From a virus: DNA of 64,000 bases. This document shows positions 1 through 9,610 of the stretch, piece by piece. The stretch lies in IMG/VR virus record IMGVR_UViG_3300030102_005560, positions 1 through 64,000 of that record; one strand, written 5' to 3'. The translations under genes were made by a program, and so were the position numbers. How positions within the stretch are numbered: the first letter of the stretch is position 1; each line of letters opens with the position of its first letter. The notes beneath the pieces were generated by a model. It was not told the DNA's origin. It was given only the letters and a program-made list of their open reading frames with translations, and ran no database searches.

Positions 1-7
1 CGCTAGG

Positions 8-1189
8 ATGGACATGAATCCAAACATGCCACCTCAACAACCCAACAGGAAAGAAGTATCTGATGAGCAACGTGAGAGACTCATGAGTCAGATACGCGAT
101 ATGGAGCAGAACATACATCCTACGATGGACAGACCCGGCTCAATCGACATACCACCGGAGGAGCGAGACAAGTACCTGACTATGCAAAGCAACAGAGTTC
201 AAACCGGAGAGCCGATGAAAATCGCATTCCAGATACTCAAGGAAGAGGCTCAAGGCTTCGTGCCGGACAAGGACCCCGAGCCAAAGAAGGACAAGGGTGA
301 CAAAGCCAAGGAGAAAAAGGAGAAGAAGGAGAGAAGCAAAAAATTTCGACCTTCAACCGGGCAGTTCAAGATGCCACCCGGTGGTGTCAACCCGGCATCC
401 GCTACTTCCAGAAGGGCAAAAGCGAGAAGCAGGGGAATAAAGAGCGGTCAGAAGACAGGTCTGGGACGTGCCCATCTCGCAGTTGAGATGTCACATCGTG
501 GTGTGCAGACCAAGCAACCTACATCGAAAAACCCTCAGAAGTACAGGCAGTACATGGGTCAGCAAGAGGGCAGGAAGAGAATGGGCGGTGTCAGAACCAT
601 AGCATCGACCCCAGCGAGATTCGGCACTAGGTCATATGCAGCAGGTGCAACAGGTGGTGGTAGGCTACAGGGTGTTCAAAGACCTAGGAGACCCGCATTG
701 AAACCACACAGGATACCACCCATAATGCCACCCGCCATGCCGCCGAGACCCTCGATGCCGACTCCACCACCTATGCCGGGTGCACCACCTATGCCGATGC
801 CAACAGCAGGTGTCGGTGTACAGCAGATGGCAGCACCGCCCATGATGAGACCCGGTAGGCTACCATCATCATCCGTTCAAGGCGTGATGACCGGTCCCAT
901 AGGTGAGGGTAGCGAGATACAAAAGAAACTCACACGATACGATATCATAGAACTCAGGCAACTCGTCGCTGATGCTAAGAGAGCAATCAGACAGAAGGAG
1001 AGCAAGAAGAAGGGAATGGGCACTAAAGACACAGCAGGCGCTGGCTCAAATCTTCCAAAGCACCCAGAGAATGGCCCGAAGCAGACCACTCGACCAGAGG
1101 GCGCTACCGAAGATGCGAACAACGAGCCACGCACGTTCGGCATGGACCCCATTGGACATTACACCAGTAGGGGAGGACGAACGCCTTGA
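8..1189 (+). CDS. Basic, Pro/Met-rich hypothetical protein, putative internal head protein
   Basis: 393-aa ORF whose stop overlaps the next start; K/R-rich core, PPMP tracts, 'IAFQILKEE' motif. Confidence 0.7.
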   Translation: MDMNPNMPPQQPNRKEVSDEQRERLMSQIRDMEQNIHPTMDRPGSIDIPPEERDKYLTMQSNRVQTGEPMKIAFQILKEEAQGFVPDKDPEPKKDKGDKAKEKKEKKERSKKFRPSTGQFKMPPGGVNPASATSRRAKARSRGIKSGQKTGLGRAHLAVEMSHRGVQTKQPTSKNPQKYRQYMGQQEGRKRMGGVRTIASTPARFGTRSYAAGATGGGRLQGVQRPRRPALKPHRIPPIMPPAMPPRPSMPTPPPMPGAPPMPMPTAGVGVQQMAAPPMMRPGRLPSSSVQGVMTGPIGEGSEIQKKLTRYDIIELRQLVADAKRAIRQKESKKKGMGTKDTAGAGSNLPKHPENGPKQTTRPEGATEDANNEPRTFGMDPIGHYTSRGGRTP

Positions 1190-3477
1190 GAGTAGGAGTC
1201 ATCCGAAAGTCCTACGTAATCAGGAAGATGGGTGACCTGCTCATCAAGGGAGACGGCAACTTCGCCCTCTTCGGTGGTGGCTACCACATCCAGAGATACC
1301 CACCTGCTGATGCTCACAACGACGACCCGAACCAACCAGACGTGCCAGCATTCGCGCACACGGGTGCGCATGGTGAGCAGGAGACTGGGATACCCGGTGT
1401 CGGAAAGGTGATTCCGGGTAGTTTCGTCAGAGGAAACCATGGTGAGATTGTCTACAAGGACGAGTCGGGCGGTGAGCACCTTCATGGTGTCGATGGTGTC
1501 ATCCGGAGAATCGGAGAGGCGATGGCCAGAAACGGAATGAGAGGTGACCCTAAGCAGATTGTGCAGAGCGCTATAGACAGGTACAACACCGCACATCCGG
1601 ATGAGAAGAACCACCTACCAGACGTCGACAGCATGATGTGGAGGAAACTCGTTGTCGGTCCGTACCAGAGAGACGTCATGAACAGGGGCAACTACGGACC
1701 AGAGGGGAGACTCATCACCACCACGACCAACAGCCACGGTCAGAATCACAGGTACGGCACGTTCCTAGAGTCATACTCCATACCCTTCCACAACCAGTTG
1801 GAAGAGGCGATGAAGGAGGCTGGCTTCGAGAACCCGAGACAGGACTTCACTTTCGTCGGCAAGCCGTACATCAGACCCGAGAACCTGCACTTCATCCTGA
1901 ATCCGCAGGACAACTCCATGATGTCAGGTGCGTATCACATCCCATCCGGTCATCTACAAGGGGGAGACAGACTACCCCAGTCATCCACGCAGAACTTCGA
2001 TGCTATGGGAATCAACGAGAAGGCATACGAGGACTTGTACTCTTGGGACATCATACACCATCTACCGGACACCTACTTCCTACCAAGGACTCGTTCAGCA
2101 GGAAGCGCAGGCATAGTCTCATCGGCCAACGACCACATTAAGCACGTACTCGGTCTCGATACCAGCAAGTTCGGAACTGAAATCAAACAGAGCATGAAAC
2201 TCACCGATTTGAAAGAGCAGTATAGAGGCACACCTCTTGCCTACCTTCTGTCAAATGATAACGAGAGAATGAATCTGTTTGGTGATTTGGCAAAGTACCC
2301 CGCATTTCATGCGTTGTTCGGAAGAACGAATCGCAAAGGGAACATAACCCAACAGATTCATGATGTCTATGCAGACAGATACGGCGAGCAGGCAGACAAG
2401 AAGATAGAGGATTTCCTGCAAAACGTAGGTTATGGGGCACCTGTGTATGGTAGTGTTGATGAGCGTACTGGGCGAAAGAGGACTCTAGGCACACAGAAGC
2501 AAGCGGCTAGAATCAAGGCTAAGATGCTCATGTCCGGAACCAGAGAGGTCGACAAGGAGACGGATGCCAACTCCAACTTCAGGTACGACGCTCTCTCGCC
2601 TGAGGAGATAGAGCAGGCTGGTCTCTCACTCAACACATCAGAAGAAGCGATGGCTGACGTGGATAGTGTTAGGAGAGTCATAGAGTACCTCGCTCACATG
2701 AACTCCATATCCAGAGGACACACACCGAGGAGAGCAAACCCATCACAGGAGGAGATAGACAACCTAGCGCCAGTCGTGTCAAACCAACTCGTCGGCGGCT
2801 TCATGGCGGACCAGAGCCTGATGGGTGTGCCTGACCACATCCGCTCTGTATCGAGAGCAGCCCCTGCTGCCACAGCACAACCGGTCCAGACATCTCCAAC
2901 AGTAGCAGGAGCACCTCAAGGACCCCCACCGGCTGCAACTCCGAGGGGTCCACCACCTGTCGCGCAACCGCCAGTGGCGGTCGCATCACCCACCCCAATG
3001 GACCCGAGGCTCACACCATTCCAACAGAGGAGACAGGCTTTTGCACAGGCCAGCCCTGCGCAGGTCGAGCAGACAATGAGGGACGTCGGTAGCATCAGAC
3101 CCGGAGCACAAGTCACCCCACAGCAGTTGCAGCAGTTCCAGCAGACAGTCTCAGACCCGTACCAGACCTTCCTCACTGACTACATGAAGTCAGCAGACAG
3201 CCCAGAGGTGGCGAAGGACAGGCTGATGAAGGCTGTCGAGCAGATGCAGATAGAGGATGCCAAGAGGGACATGGACGTTCTCAAGTTCCTGCCGAAGAGG
3301 AAGATGAGCGTCGAGTCCAACGCAGACATATCTACCATGGCAAAGAAGATGGACATAGCGCCAATCGACGTTCGCACCATAGTCTTCACGAAAGGAGACT
3401 GGGCCAGAATCACCAAGAAGTACGGATACAGCGACAAGGTCGTCAAGGTCGTCAAGACCGCATTCGGAGGTGAGTAA
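1186..3477 (+). CDS. Hypothetical protein, putative internal head protein
   Basis: 763-aa ORF with TTG start overlapping the upstream TGA; N-terminus VIRKS-VIRKM-LLIKG; Pro/Gln linker before a small C-terminal domain. Confidence 0.75.
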   Translation: MRVGVIRKSYVIRKMGDLLIKGDGNFALFGGGYHIQRYPPADAHNDDPNQPDVPAFAHTGAHGEQETGIPGVGKVIPGSFVRGNHGEIVYKDESGGEHLHGVDGVIRRIGEAMARNGMRGDPKQIVQSAIDRYNTAHPDEKNHLPDVDSMMWRKLVVGPYQRDVMNRGNYGPEGRLITTTTNSHGQNHRYGTFLESYSIPFHNQLEEAMKEAGFENPRQDFTFVGKPYIRPENLHFILNPQDNSMMSGAYHIPSGHLQGGDRLPQSSTQNFDAMGINEKAYEDLYSWDIIHHLPDTYFLPRTRSAGSAGIVSSANDHIKHVLGLDTSKFGTEIKQSMKLTDLKEQYRGTPLAYLLSNDNERMNLFGDLAKYPAFHALFGRTNRKGNITQQIHDVYADRYGEQADKKIEDFLQNVGYGAPVYGSVDERTGRKRTLGTQKQAARIKAKMLMSGTREVDKETDANSNFRYDALSPEEIEQAGLSLNTSEEAMADVDSVRRVIEYLAHMNSISRGHTPRRANPSQEEIDNLAPVVSNQLVGGFMADQSLMGVPDHIRSVSRAAPAATAQPVQTSPTVAGAPQGPPPAATPRGPPPVAQPPVAVASPTPMDPRLTPFQQRRQAFAQASPAQVEQTMRDVGSIRPGAQVTPQQLQQFQQTVSDPYQTFLTDYMKSADSPEVAKDRLMKAVEQMQIEDAKRDMDVLKFLPKRKMSVESNADISTMAKKMDIAPIDVRTIVFTKGDWARITKKYGYSDKVVKVVKTAFGGE

Positions 3478-4410
3478 GTGGGTAGGGTTCTAGTCAGGAA
3501 AGCGGAAGGCGTACAATCTTTCGCCCCCATGGTACAAACTAATGTTGGTGGTGGTGGGAGCCCTTTCTTCATTCAACCGAGAGACCCCATAAGCCCAGAA
3601 CGGGCAGGTATGGATGCAGCGATGTCCAGTCTAAGGGGAATGAGAGGCATGAGTCCTGAGCAGCAGCAAACTGTAGCGGACAGTGCAACTAGGGGTGCGC
3701 AGGGAATGACCAACTTAGTTCAGGGCAAATACGGTATGCCCTCACTTGCGATGCTGGGTCTCGCTGGATTGAAGAATACTTACAACGCATCCATACAAGG
3801 TCAAGCGCCTAGTATAACTGGTACTCTTGGTGATGCATATGGTATGGCGCAGTATGCACAACCTTTCGCAGCAACATTTGGAGCAGAAAGAGGCGCACAA
3901 CGCGGTATCAAGGATGCTAGGCAACAAGCGGCAGATGCCAAAGCAGCCGAGAGAACCGGCTCTCCTGCTAGTGCGGACTTCTCCATGCCTGAAGGAGCGA
4001 ACATGGACATGTTCAACGCACCTGCACCTTCGCCACTCGAACAAGCAGGACTCGGCAACATCGACCCGACGATGATGTCAGGTGATGCAAGGGCCTACGG
4101 AAGGAGCGGTGTGCCAAGCATGAGCATGCAGCAGTTCAGACAACAGATGCCGAGTTTCTCCCCGCCACCCAGACAGACAACACTCAACGAGTTCACCCCA
4201 CCTCCTGCTGCGAGCCCCACCCCACCTGCTCCCGAAGGCATGGCTGGGAAACTAGAGAGCGCATTGCCCGACCCGATGCAAGAAAGCATGGACCAGATGA
4301 AGGAACAGCAAGATAAGAGGGAAAAAGAGAAGAAAGAGATGGAAGAAAAGCAGAGAGAGAAACTCGCTGAAGATATAAAAGAGCAACAGTCTCTAGGAAC
4401 TGGAGAGTGA
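3478..4410 (+). CDS. Low-complexity hypothetical protein upstream of TerL
   Basis: 310-aa ORF abutting the upstream stop; N-terminal LVRKA; Ala/Gln/Pro/Met-rich with a charged coiled-coil C-terminus. Confidence 0.7.
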   Translation: MGRVLVRKAEGVQSFAPMVQTNVGGGGSPFFIQPRDPISPERAGMDAAMSSLRGMRGMSPEQQQTVADSATRGAQGMTNLVQGKYGMPSLAMLGLAGLKNTYNASIQGQAPSITGTLGDAYGMAQYAQPFAATFGAERGAQRGIKDARQQAADAKAAERTGSPASADFSMPEGANMDMFNAPAPSPLEQAGLGNIDPTMMSGDARAYGRSGVPSMSMQQFRQQMPSFSPPPRQTTLNEFTPPPAASPTPPAPEGMAGKLESALPDPMQESMDQMKEQQDKREKEKKEMEEKQREKLAEDIKEQQSLGTGE

Positions 4411-4432
4411 TATCATTTCCGACAAGGAAAAC

Positions 4433-5893
4433 ATGGAGGAGTTCATCCTCAACATGGACATGGAGATGGCGAAAAAATCGTTCGAGTACTTCTTCACCGA
4501 GATGCTCGAGTTCATGTACAACGACCACCACAAATCATGGCACGATGGTCTTGCGAATCACCAGTACTACTGCGTCAAGGCGTCCCGTGACCATGGCAAG
4601 TCCGTCTTCTTCATGTCCTATGCCCTCTGGATTGCGGCCTTCAAGCCCAATACTCACATCATGATATTCTCACACTCCTTAGAGCAGACGCTTGAGCACA
4701 TGCGATTCATCAGGAACCTCGTTGAGGGCACACCCATACTGAGGCATCTCAAGGATGATGGTGACAGATGGGCCAAGTCGTACTTCAACTTCACGAACGG
4801 CTCCCGTCTGATGGCCAAGTCGGTCGGTGGTGCTACCCGTGGTTTCCACCCCGACATCGTCGTGTGTGACGATATCCTCTGGGGAACCACATCCACTGAG
4901 TTGGCCAAGACCGCAGACTGGTTCTACGGTGTCCTGCTCCCGGTTCTCCACCATAGCAGTAAACTGATGATGGTCGGCACACCGTTCTCATACAACGACC
5001 TGTATGCGGAACTGGAGCAGAAGGAGACCTTCAGGGTCGAGACTTATCCCGCGATTAACGAGAAGGGCGAGGCTCTCTGGCCCGGTAGGTGGGATTTGGA
5101 AGCGCTGAACCAGAGGCGACTCTCCATGCCCGCAATCCAATTCAGCCGTGAATATCTCTGTGAGCCGATTCACGATGTTGCGAGTATGTTCCCAATGGAC
5201 ATCTTAGAGAAGGCCAAGGACACTAATCTCGTCTTGCTCGACAGGGCTGAGACCTTCTACAATGAGGAAGGTGAGGCCGATGGCGTCTTCGGACAGCACT
5301 TTATCGGGCATGACCCTGCCATAGCATCTGACAAGAACGCTGACTTCACAGCCATGACCGTCATGAGGATAAAGCCTGATAGCGATATCAAGGAGATAAT
5401 CCACGTAGTTCACGAGAGGGGCATGTCCTCGATGGCGCAAAAGCGTATGATGGTCATGCTCAACAGCAGGTTCAAGCCGGACCTGATAGAACTCGAAGGA
5501 AACAACTTCCAGAGGATGCTGGAGCAGGAGATGAGGGAATTAGCCTCTGACATGCCAATCAGGGTCTTCATGACCACACGCACGAAGAAAGAGTCATTGT
5601 TCATGTCGCTCCTCCTTGCATTCGAACAAGGACAAATCAAACTACCATACGGAGATGAGAGGAGCAGGAAGTACACAGACCAAGTCATGCAGGAACTAAA
5701 CAGGTTCGGCATGCAGAAGAACGGCAAGTTGGAGAGCGTGGGTACCCATGACGACTTGGCCGTCAGCATAGCACTAGCGAATTGGGCGTCAAAGGAGTTC
5801 AAGGGCTCAGTAATGCTCCTCGATGATTATATGCCGGGTTTCGACGACTGGTTCAGAGGGGACCGCAAAGTCCCATCATGGATGGTGCCATAG
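4433..5893 (+). CDS. terL: Terminase large subunit
   Basis: Walker A ASRDHGKS, Walker B DIVVCDD, coupling motif GTP, nuclease motifs IGHDPA and HDDLAVS. Confidence 0.95.
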   Translation: MEEFILNMDMEMAKKSFEYFFTEMLEFMYNDHHKSWHDGLANHQYYCVKASRDHGKSVFFMSYALWIAAFKPNTHIMIFSHSLEQTLEHMRFIRNLVEGTPILRHLKDDGDRWAKSYFNFTNGSRLMAKSVGGATRGFHPDIVVCDDILWGTTSTELAKTADWFYGVLLPVLHHSSKLMMVGTPFSYNDLYAELEQKETFRVETYPAINEKGEALWPGRWDLEALNQRRLSMPAIQFSREYLCEPIHDVASMFPMDILEKAKDTNLVLLDRAETFYNEEGEADGVFGQHFIGHDPAIASDKNADFTAMTVMRIKPDSDIKEIIHVVHERGMSSMAQKRMMVMLNSRFKPDLIELEGNNFQRMLEQEMRELASDMPIRVFMTTRTKKESLFMSLLLAFEQGQIKLPYGDERSRKYTDQVMQELNRFGMQKNGKLESVGTHDDLAVSIALANWASKEFKGSVMLLDDYMPGFDDWFRGDRKVPSWMVP

Positions 5894-5943
5894 ATGGATA
5901 ATAACACAACTTACGTAGAAGATGAGAATAACAATAGGACGGT

Positions 5944-7086
5944 ATGGAGATGAGCAACTTCTCCAAGAGTGGCGAAGGGTGGTTCGAGGACAACCTCGGC
6001 ATCTCCGCTACTGACGTAGTGCACAGGCTACGCAAAGCGAGGAGACACAACAAGGATGAGAAACAGGACATAGACGCTCTGATTGAGGATGTCCGGACAC
6101 TCAAGTCGATGGAAGTGCAGATGACTCTCAATGAGATAGACTGGGCCAATGACTACATCAAGGAGATAAGGAATTTCGATTTGTCAGACAAGAGTCTCAA
6201 GTCACTGAGGAAGTTCTCCGACTCTAGGAAGGTCAGTCTAATCAAAGCATGCAGGCTTTGGAGAAAGGGAGAGGAGACTCTCAAGATGCTCGCAGAGCAT
6301 GAGGATGTCTGGGGCGAGGATGAGAGGATGGCTTGGGTGGATTCCATGAACATGAAGAAAGACGCTAGAAAGATGTGGAAATCCACGTTGTCCCAGATGA
6401 CAAGACTCACGGAAAAGGAGCAGGAGACGATAGCCAAGTGCTCCAAACTCCTGAAGATGAACGGGCCGATGAGTGCCAGAGCACTCTTCGAATCGGACAA
6501 CATCGAGAAGATGCCCGGTCTCACAGCGAACAAACTATCCAAACTACTGTCACTGTATGGTGAGGAAGTGGATATAGTCAACGGGGCACAGAGAGGCACC
6601 TTCGTCAAGATGGACAAGGACGGATTAGTGCTCAAGGACCCGTATGCATACGCCGCTGGGTTTCTTGATGCTGATGGGTACATCACCATAACGAAGAGGG
6701 GTGAGCCTCGAGCAGGTTTCATCGCTACTGGTACGAGAGGCAGACTACACTGTGAGGAACTCAGGAAGGTTCTCGATTGTGGTGTCCTTCAACTCGACCA
6801 GAAGGTGTACAAGGACAGCCAGAGGAGCCAACATAGGTTGCAATTCTACTCCAAGGGCGACATAAGGAAACTGCTCGACAAGATTATGCCCCATCTACAG
6901 ATGAAGAAAACACAGGCAAAAGCGGTGCTTGCTTTCCTAGAGGAGGATGATTCGATGAGGAAGGAGGAACTCAAGAGAGTGGTGAGGTATTCGAACTGGA
7001 GCGACGACAAGGCAAAGAGTGAGACCCTTCTCGCAGAGTGGGGCGTGAGTGCCGACGACGTTGCTAAGTGGCAGGAGAGATTGTAA
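5944..7086 (+). CDS. LAGLIDADG-domain protein with N-terminal helical and wHTH-like regions
   Basis: YAAGFLDADGYITI motif followed by a typical LAGLIDADG fold pattern (…LLDKIMPHLQMKKTQA); start may be 5950. Confidence 0.85.
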   Translation: MEMSNFSKSGEGWFEDNLGISATDVVHRLRKARRHNKDEKQDIDALIEDVRTLKSMEVQMTLNEIDWANDYIKEIRNFDLSDKSLKSLRKFSDSRKVSLIKACRLWRKGEETLKMLAEHEDVWGEDERMAWVDSMNMKKDARKMWKSTLSQMTRLTEKEQETIAKCSKLLKMNGPMSARALFESDNIEKMPGLTANKLSKLLSLYGEEVDIVNGAQRGTFVKMDKDGLVLKDPYAYAAGFLDADGYITITKRGEPRAGFIATGTRGRLHCEELRKVLDCGVLQLDQKVYKDSQRSQHRLQFYSKGDIRKLLDKIMPHLQMKKTQAKAVLAFLEEDDSMRKEELKRVVRYSNWSDDKAKSETLLAEWGVSADDVAKWQERL

Positions 7087-8858
7087 TGGCTGATGAAACA
7101 GAAAGGGGTCCAATAGGCCGATTTATAGATGCAATAAGGGGTCCTTTCAGGGTTCGTTCGACCCCTGAGCCGCAGATGCCGTTGTACACCACGGGCATAC
7201 AAGAGCCTGTTCTGGCTCAGGGTATCACCATACCCGCTCTATATGCGGTGTCACACGAGAACCTGATTCTCAGAACAGTCATCTCCAAACTCCAGCAGGA
7301 GATATTCAGGAGAGGCTATTACTGGGAGAAAAAATTCCAGAAGAAGTGCGTCGAATGCGACGAGGAGTTTCAATTCGACTTGGATGTCTGTGATGTCTGC
7401 GGCGGTGAGGTGAGAGGGCCCGACCCACATCAGACCACATACGCGAAGTGGTTGTTGAAGGGTGAGAACTCGATGGAACAAGGTTTCATGCAAGTCATGT
7501 TCGAGTTGGAGAAGGACCTCAACGTGGTGGACGATGCATTCCTCATCCTAGTCAAAGACTACTACATCGACCCTGATTCGGGTGAGATACAGCACTACAG
7601 AATAAGAGAGGTCATCCGCGGTGACCCCATCTTCATGAGAATCATATCCGACAAGAGGGGAGTCAGAGGTGGTAGGTACAAGGTCTGCCCCATTCACAGG
7701 GACCAAATCGCCTACCCCGGACAGGAAGAGAAGTGCACCGTATGCGGCAATCACATGCAGGATGCGCACTACGCAAACATGGCTGGTAGCGGCAAGACTC
7801 AGTATTACCTAGAGGGTGAGGTCATCCATATCAGCAAGTACTCACCAAGCAAATTGTATGGCAGAAGCCCAGTCAACACCATGTGGCGGCAAGCGATGAC
7901 TCTGACTGCGATGGACAATTACATGTACACGGCATATCAGAAGAGAAGGACACCAAAAGGCATCATATCAGTCACCACTGACAACCTAGAGTCAATGAAG
8001 TCCTTCTGGAAGTCGGTTGACGAGAAGATGGAGAGAGACCCTCATTACATTCCCAAAGTCGGCATTGAGAGTCAGACTGGTAGAGGCGGGGTGAATTGGG
8101 TCAAGTTCATGGATACCCTAGAGGAGATGCAGTACACCGCTGTCAGGGATGAGATTAGAAACAGGATAGCAGCCTACTATGGTGTGAGCAGCATATTCAT
8201 GGTTGATAGCGGGAAGAGCGGTGGACTCGGCAACGAGGGCATGCAGATTCTAGTCACGAACAGAGCAGTCGAGTTCGGTCAGAAGGTGTACACTGACATA
8301 CTATTCCCAAGAATGCTAAGAGAGATGGGCATAACGGACTGGAAGATTACCCTCTACCCCAATGAGGAAGAGGATGAGATAACCAGACTCAGGAGAGACG
8401 AGATGGAAGTCAACCTCGCTCAGAGGATGCAGATGCTCGGATACAAGCCTGAATTACTGGAGGAAGGAGATAGAGACATCAGGTTCTCCTACAGGAAACT
8501 ACCACCCGAGGAAGCCATGCAACAAGGCATGATGCCTCCGGGTGGACCACCCATGGGTGCCATGGGTATGCCACCGGGTCAGATGCCTCCCATGCCACCA
8601 CAAGGAGGCCCAATTGGAGCAACCGGTCTCAATCAGCAATTACCACCCAATATGATGAGGCAGATGATGCCACCATCACAACCCGGAGGAGAGGGTGTGG
8701 GTATCAGAACACCTAGAGGTCCAGCCGCTCCGCAGCGTCGAACGGTAGGTGGCTCCGGCTCACCAATATCATCGGTTCAACAGCGAGGTCCACAACCCTC
8801 GCAACAGGAGCAAAATAGTCGTGCTTTAATGAATGCGAGACGGTTTCGGGGTGCATAA
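7086..8858 (+). CDS. Portal protein with two Zn-ribbon insertions and a Pro/Met/Gln-rich C-terminal tail
   Basis: Position after TerL; portal-like segments 'EVIHISKYSPSKLYGRSP', 'PKGII', 'IAAYYGVS'. ATG 7086 overlaps the upstream TAA (TAATG) and is preferred over GTG 7068. Confidence 0.88.
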   Translation: MADETERGPIGRFIDAIRGPFRVRSTPEPQMPLYTTGIQEPVLAQGITIPALYAVSHENLILRTVISKLQQEIFRRGYYWEKKFQKKCVECDEEFQFDLDVCDVCGGEVRGPDPHQTTYAKWLLKGENSMEQGFMQVMFELEKDLNVVDDAFLILVKDYYIDPDSGEIQHYRIREVIRGDPIFMRIISDKRGVRGGRYKVCPIHRDQIAYPGQEEKCTVCGNHMQDAHYANMAGSGKTQYYLEGEVIHISKYSPSKLYGRSPVNTMWRQAMTLTAMDNYMYTAYQKRRTPKGIISVTTDNLESMKSFWKSVDEKMERDPHYIPKVGIESQTGRGGVNWVKFMDTLEEMQYTAVRDEIRNRIAAYYGVSSIFMVDSGKSGGLGNEGMQILVTNRAVEFGQKVYTDILFPRMLREMGITDWKITLYPNEEEDEITRLRRDEMEVNLAQRMQMLGYKPELLEEGDRDIRFSYRKLPPEEAMQQGMMPPGGPPMGAMGMPPGQMPPMPPQGGPIGATGLNQQLPPNMMRQMMPPSQPGGEGVGIRTPRGPAAPQRRTVGGSGSPISSVQQRGPQPSQQEQNSRALMNARRFRGA

Positions 8859-8866
8859 TTAAAAGT
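8856..8866 (+). promoter_or_regulatory. Putative TATA box upstream of the 8897 gene
   Basis: TAATTAAAAGT about 30 nt upstream of ATG 8897, in one of the few intergenic gaps. Confidence 0.4.
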
Positions 8867-8896
8867 CGTGACGCTTACGAGCAGGGCGAGATTACC

Positions 8897-9262
8897 ATGG
8901 ACTTACTCAAGATGCACCCTATGGCGAGAAAAATGAATGTACATAATGAGGCCTTTGCAAAGGCTCTCGAAGCGAATGAACCCGAGGCTGCTAGAATGCA
9001 CCTGTCGGAGATAAAGAAACTCAGTTCATACCTAGAAGAAGACCTAGTTTTCGCAATCAGGAAAGCAGAGGAAGCGGCATCTGACCCTCTGACTGTATAC
9101 GCGAATGGTGTTCCAACGGCATCCTTCAACGAATCTGGCTCATCCTTCGACCCAGCAAACAGGGATATTCAACTACCCGGAACCATAATGTCAGCACGAA
9201 CCAATTCACGAATGCAGAAAGCAAGAAGCACATTCGGCAGATATGTTGGACCCGGTGAGTGA
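8897..9262 (+). CDS. Hypothetical head-region protein
   Basis: 121-aa ORF overlapping the next gene; LLKM, IRKAE and MQKAR motifs. Confidence 0.7.
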   Translation: MDLLKMHPMARKMNVHNEAFAKALEANEPEAARMHLSEIKKLSSYLEEDLVFAIRKAEEAASDPLTVYANGVPTASFNESGSSFDPANRDIQLPGTIMSARTNSRMQKARSTFGRYVGPGE

Positions 9263-9609
9263 AACTGATGGAAGAAGGCGGCGCTGAAAGACTGATGAAT
9301 ACTCTCATCACCAAGATGGAGAGTATCGACAACGAGGTCCAGATTCTAAAGGCAGAGAATGCCGCACTAAAGAGAATGGTAGATTCCCCTGCTGCTCTAC
9401 TGAAGAAAGCAGGATTCGTCACAGCAAGAACTCCACTCAGTGTCGACGTCGGTTATGACCCGCTACGTGGTGACTTACCAGTCGATGAAGCCAGTGCTGT
9501 CATCAAGTCCGATAACAACGAGTACAGCAATGAGGAGATACACAATCTAAGTTGGTCGGAAATCCACGAGATGGCCGAGCAGACGAGAGAAGTCAAGGAG
9601 TTGTACTGA
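9259..9609 (+). CDS. Coiled-coil scaffold-like protein
   Basis: N-terminal coiled coil; C-terminal LSWSEIHEMA matches the protease-scaffold C-terminus MSWSEVHNLA; start may be ATG 9268. Confidence 0.7.
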   Translation: MKLMEEGGAERLMNTLITKMESIDNEVQILKAENAALKRMVDSPAALLKKAGFVTARTPLSVDVGYDPLRGDLPVDEASAVIKSDNNEYSNEEIHNLSWSEIHEMAEQTREVKELY

Positions 9610-9610
9610 A

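Noticed and set aside
3478-4410. Terminase small subunit by position
   Set aside because: No HTH or other TerS-like features are visible; it is low-complexity and carries the head-protein K motif. Left unassigned.
4433-7086. LAGLIDADG as an intein or intron-encoded ORF in terminase or portal
   Set aside because: TerL is complete with its own stop, the portal starts afterwards, and no intein splice motifs are visible.
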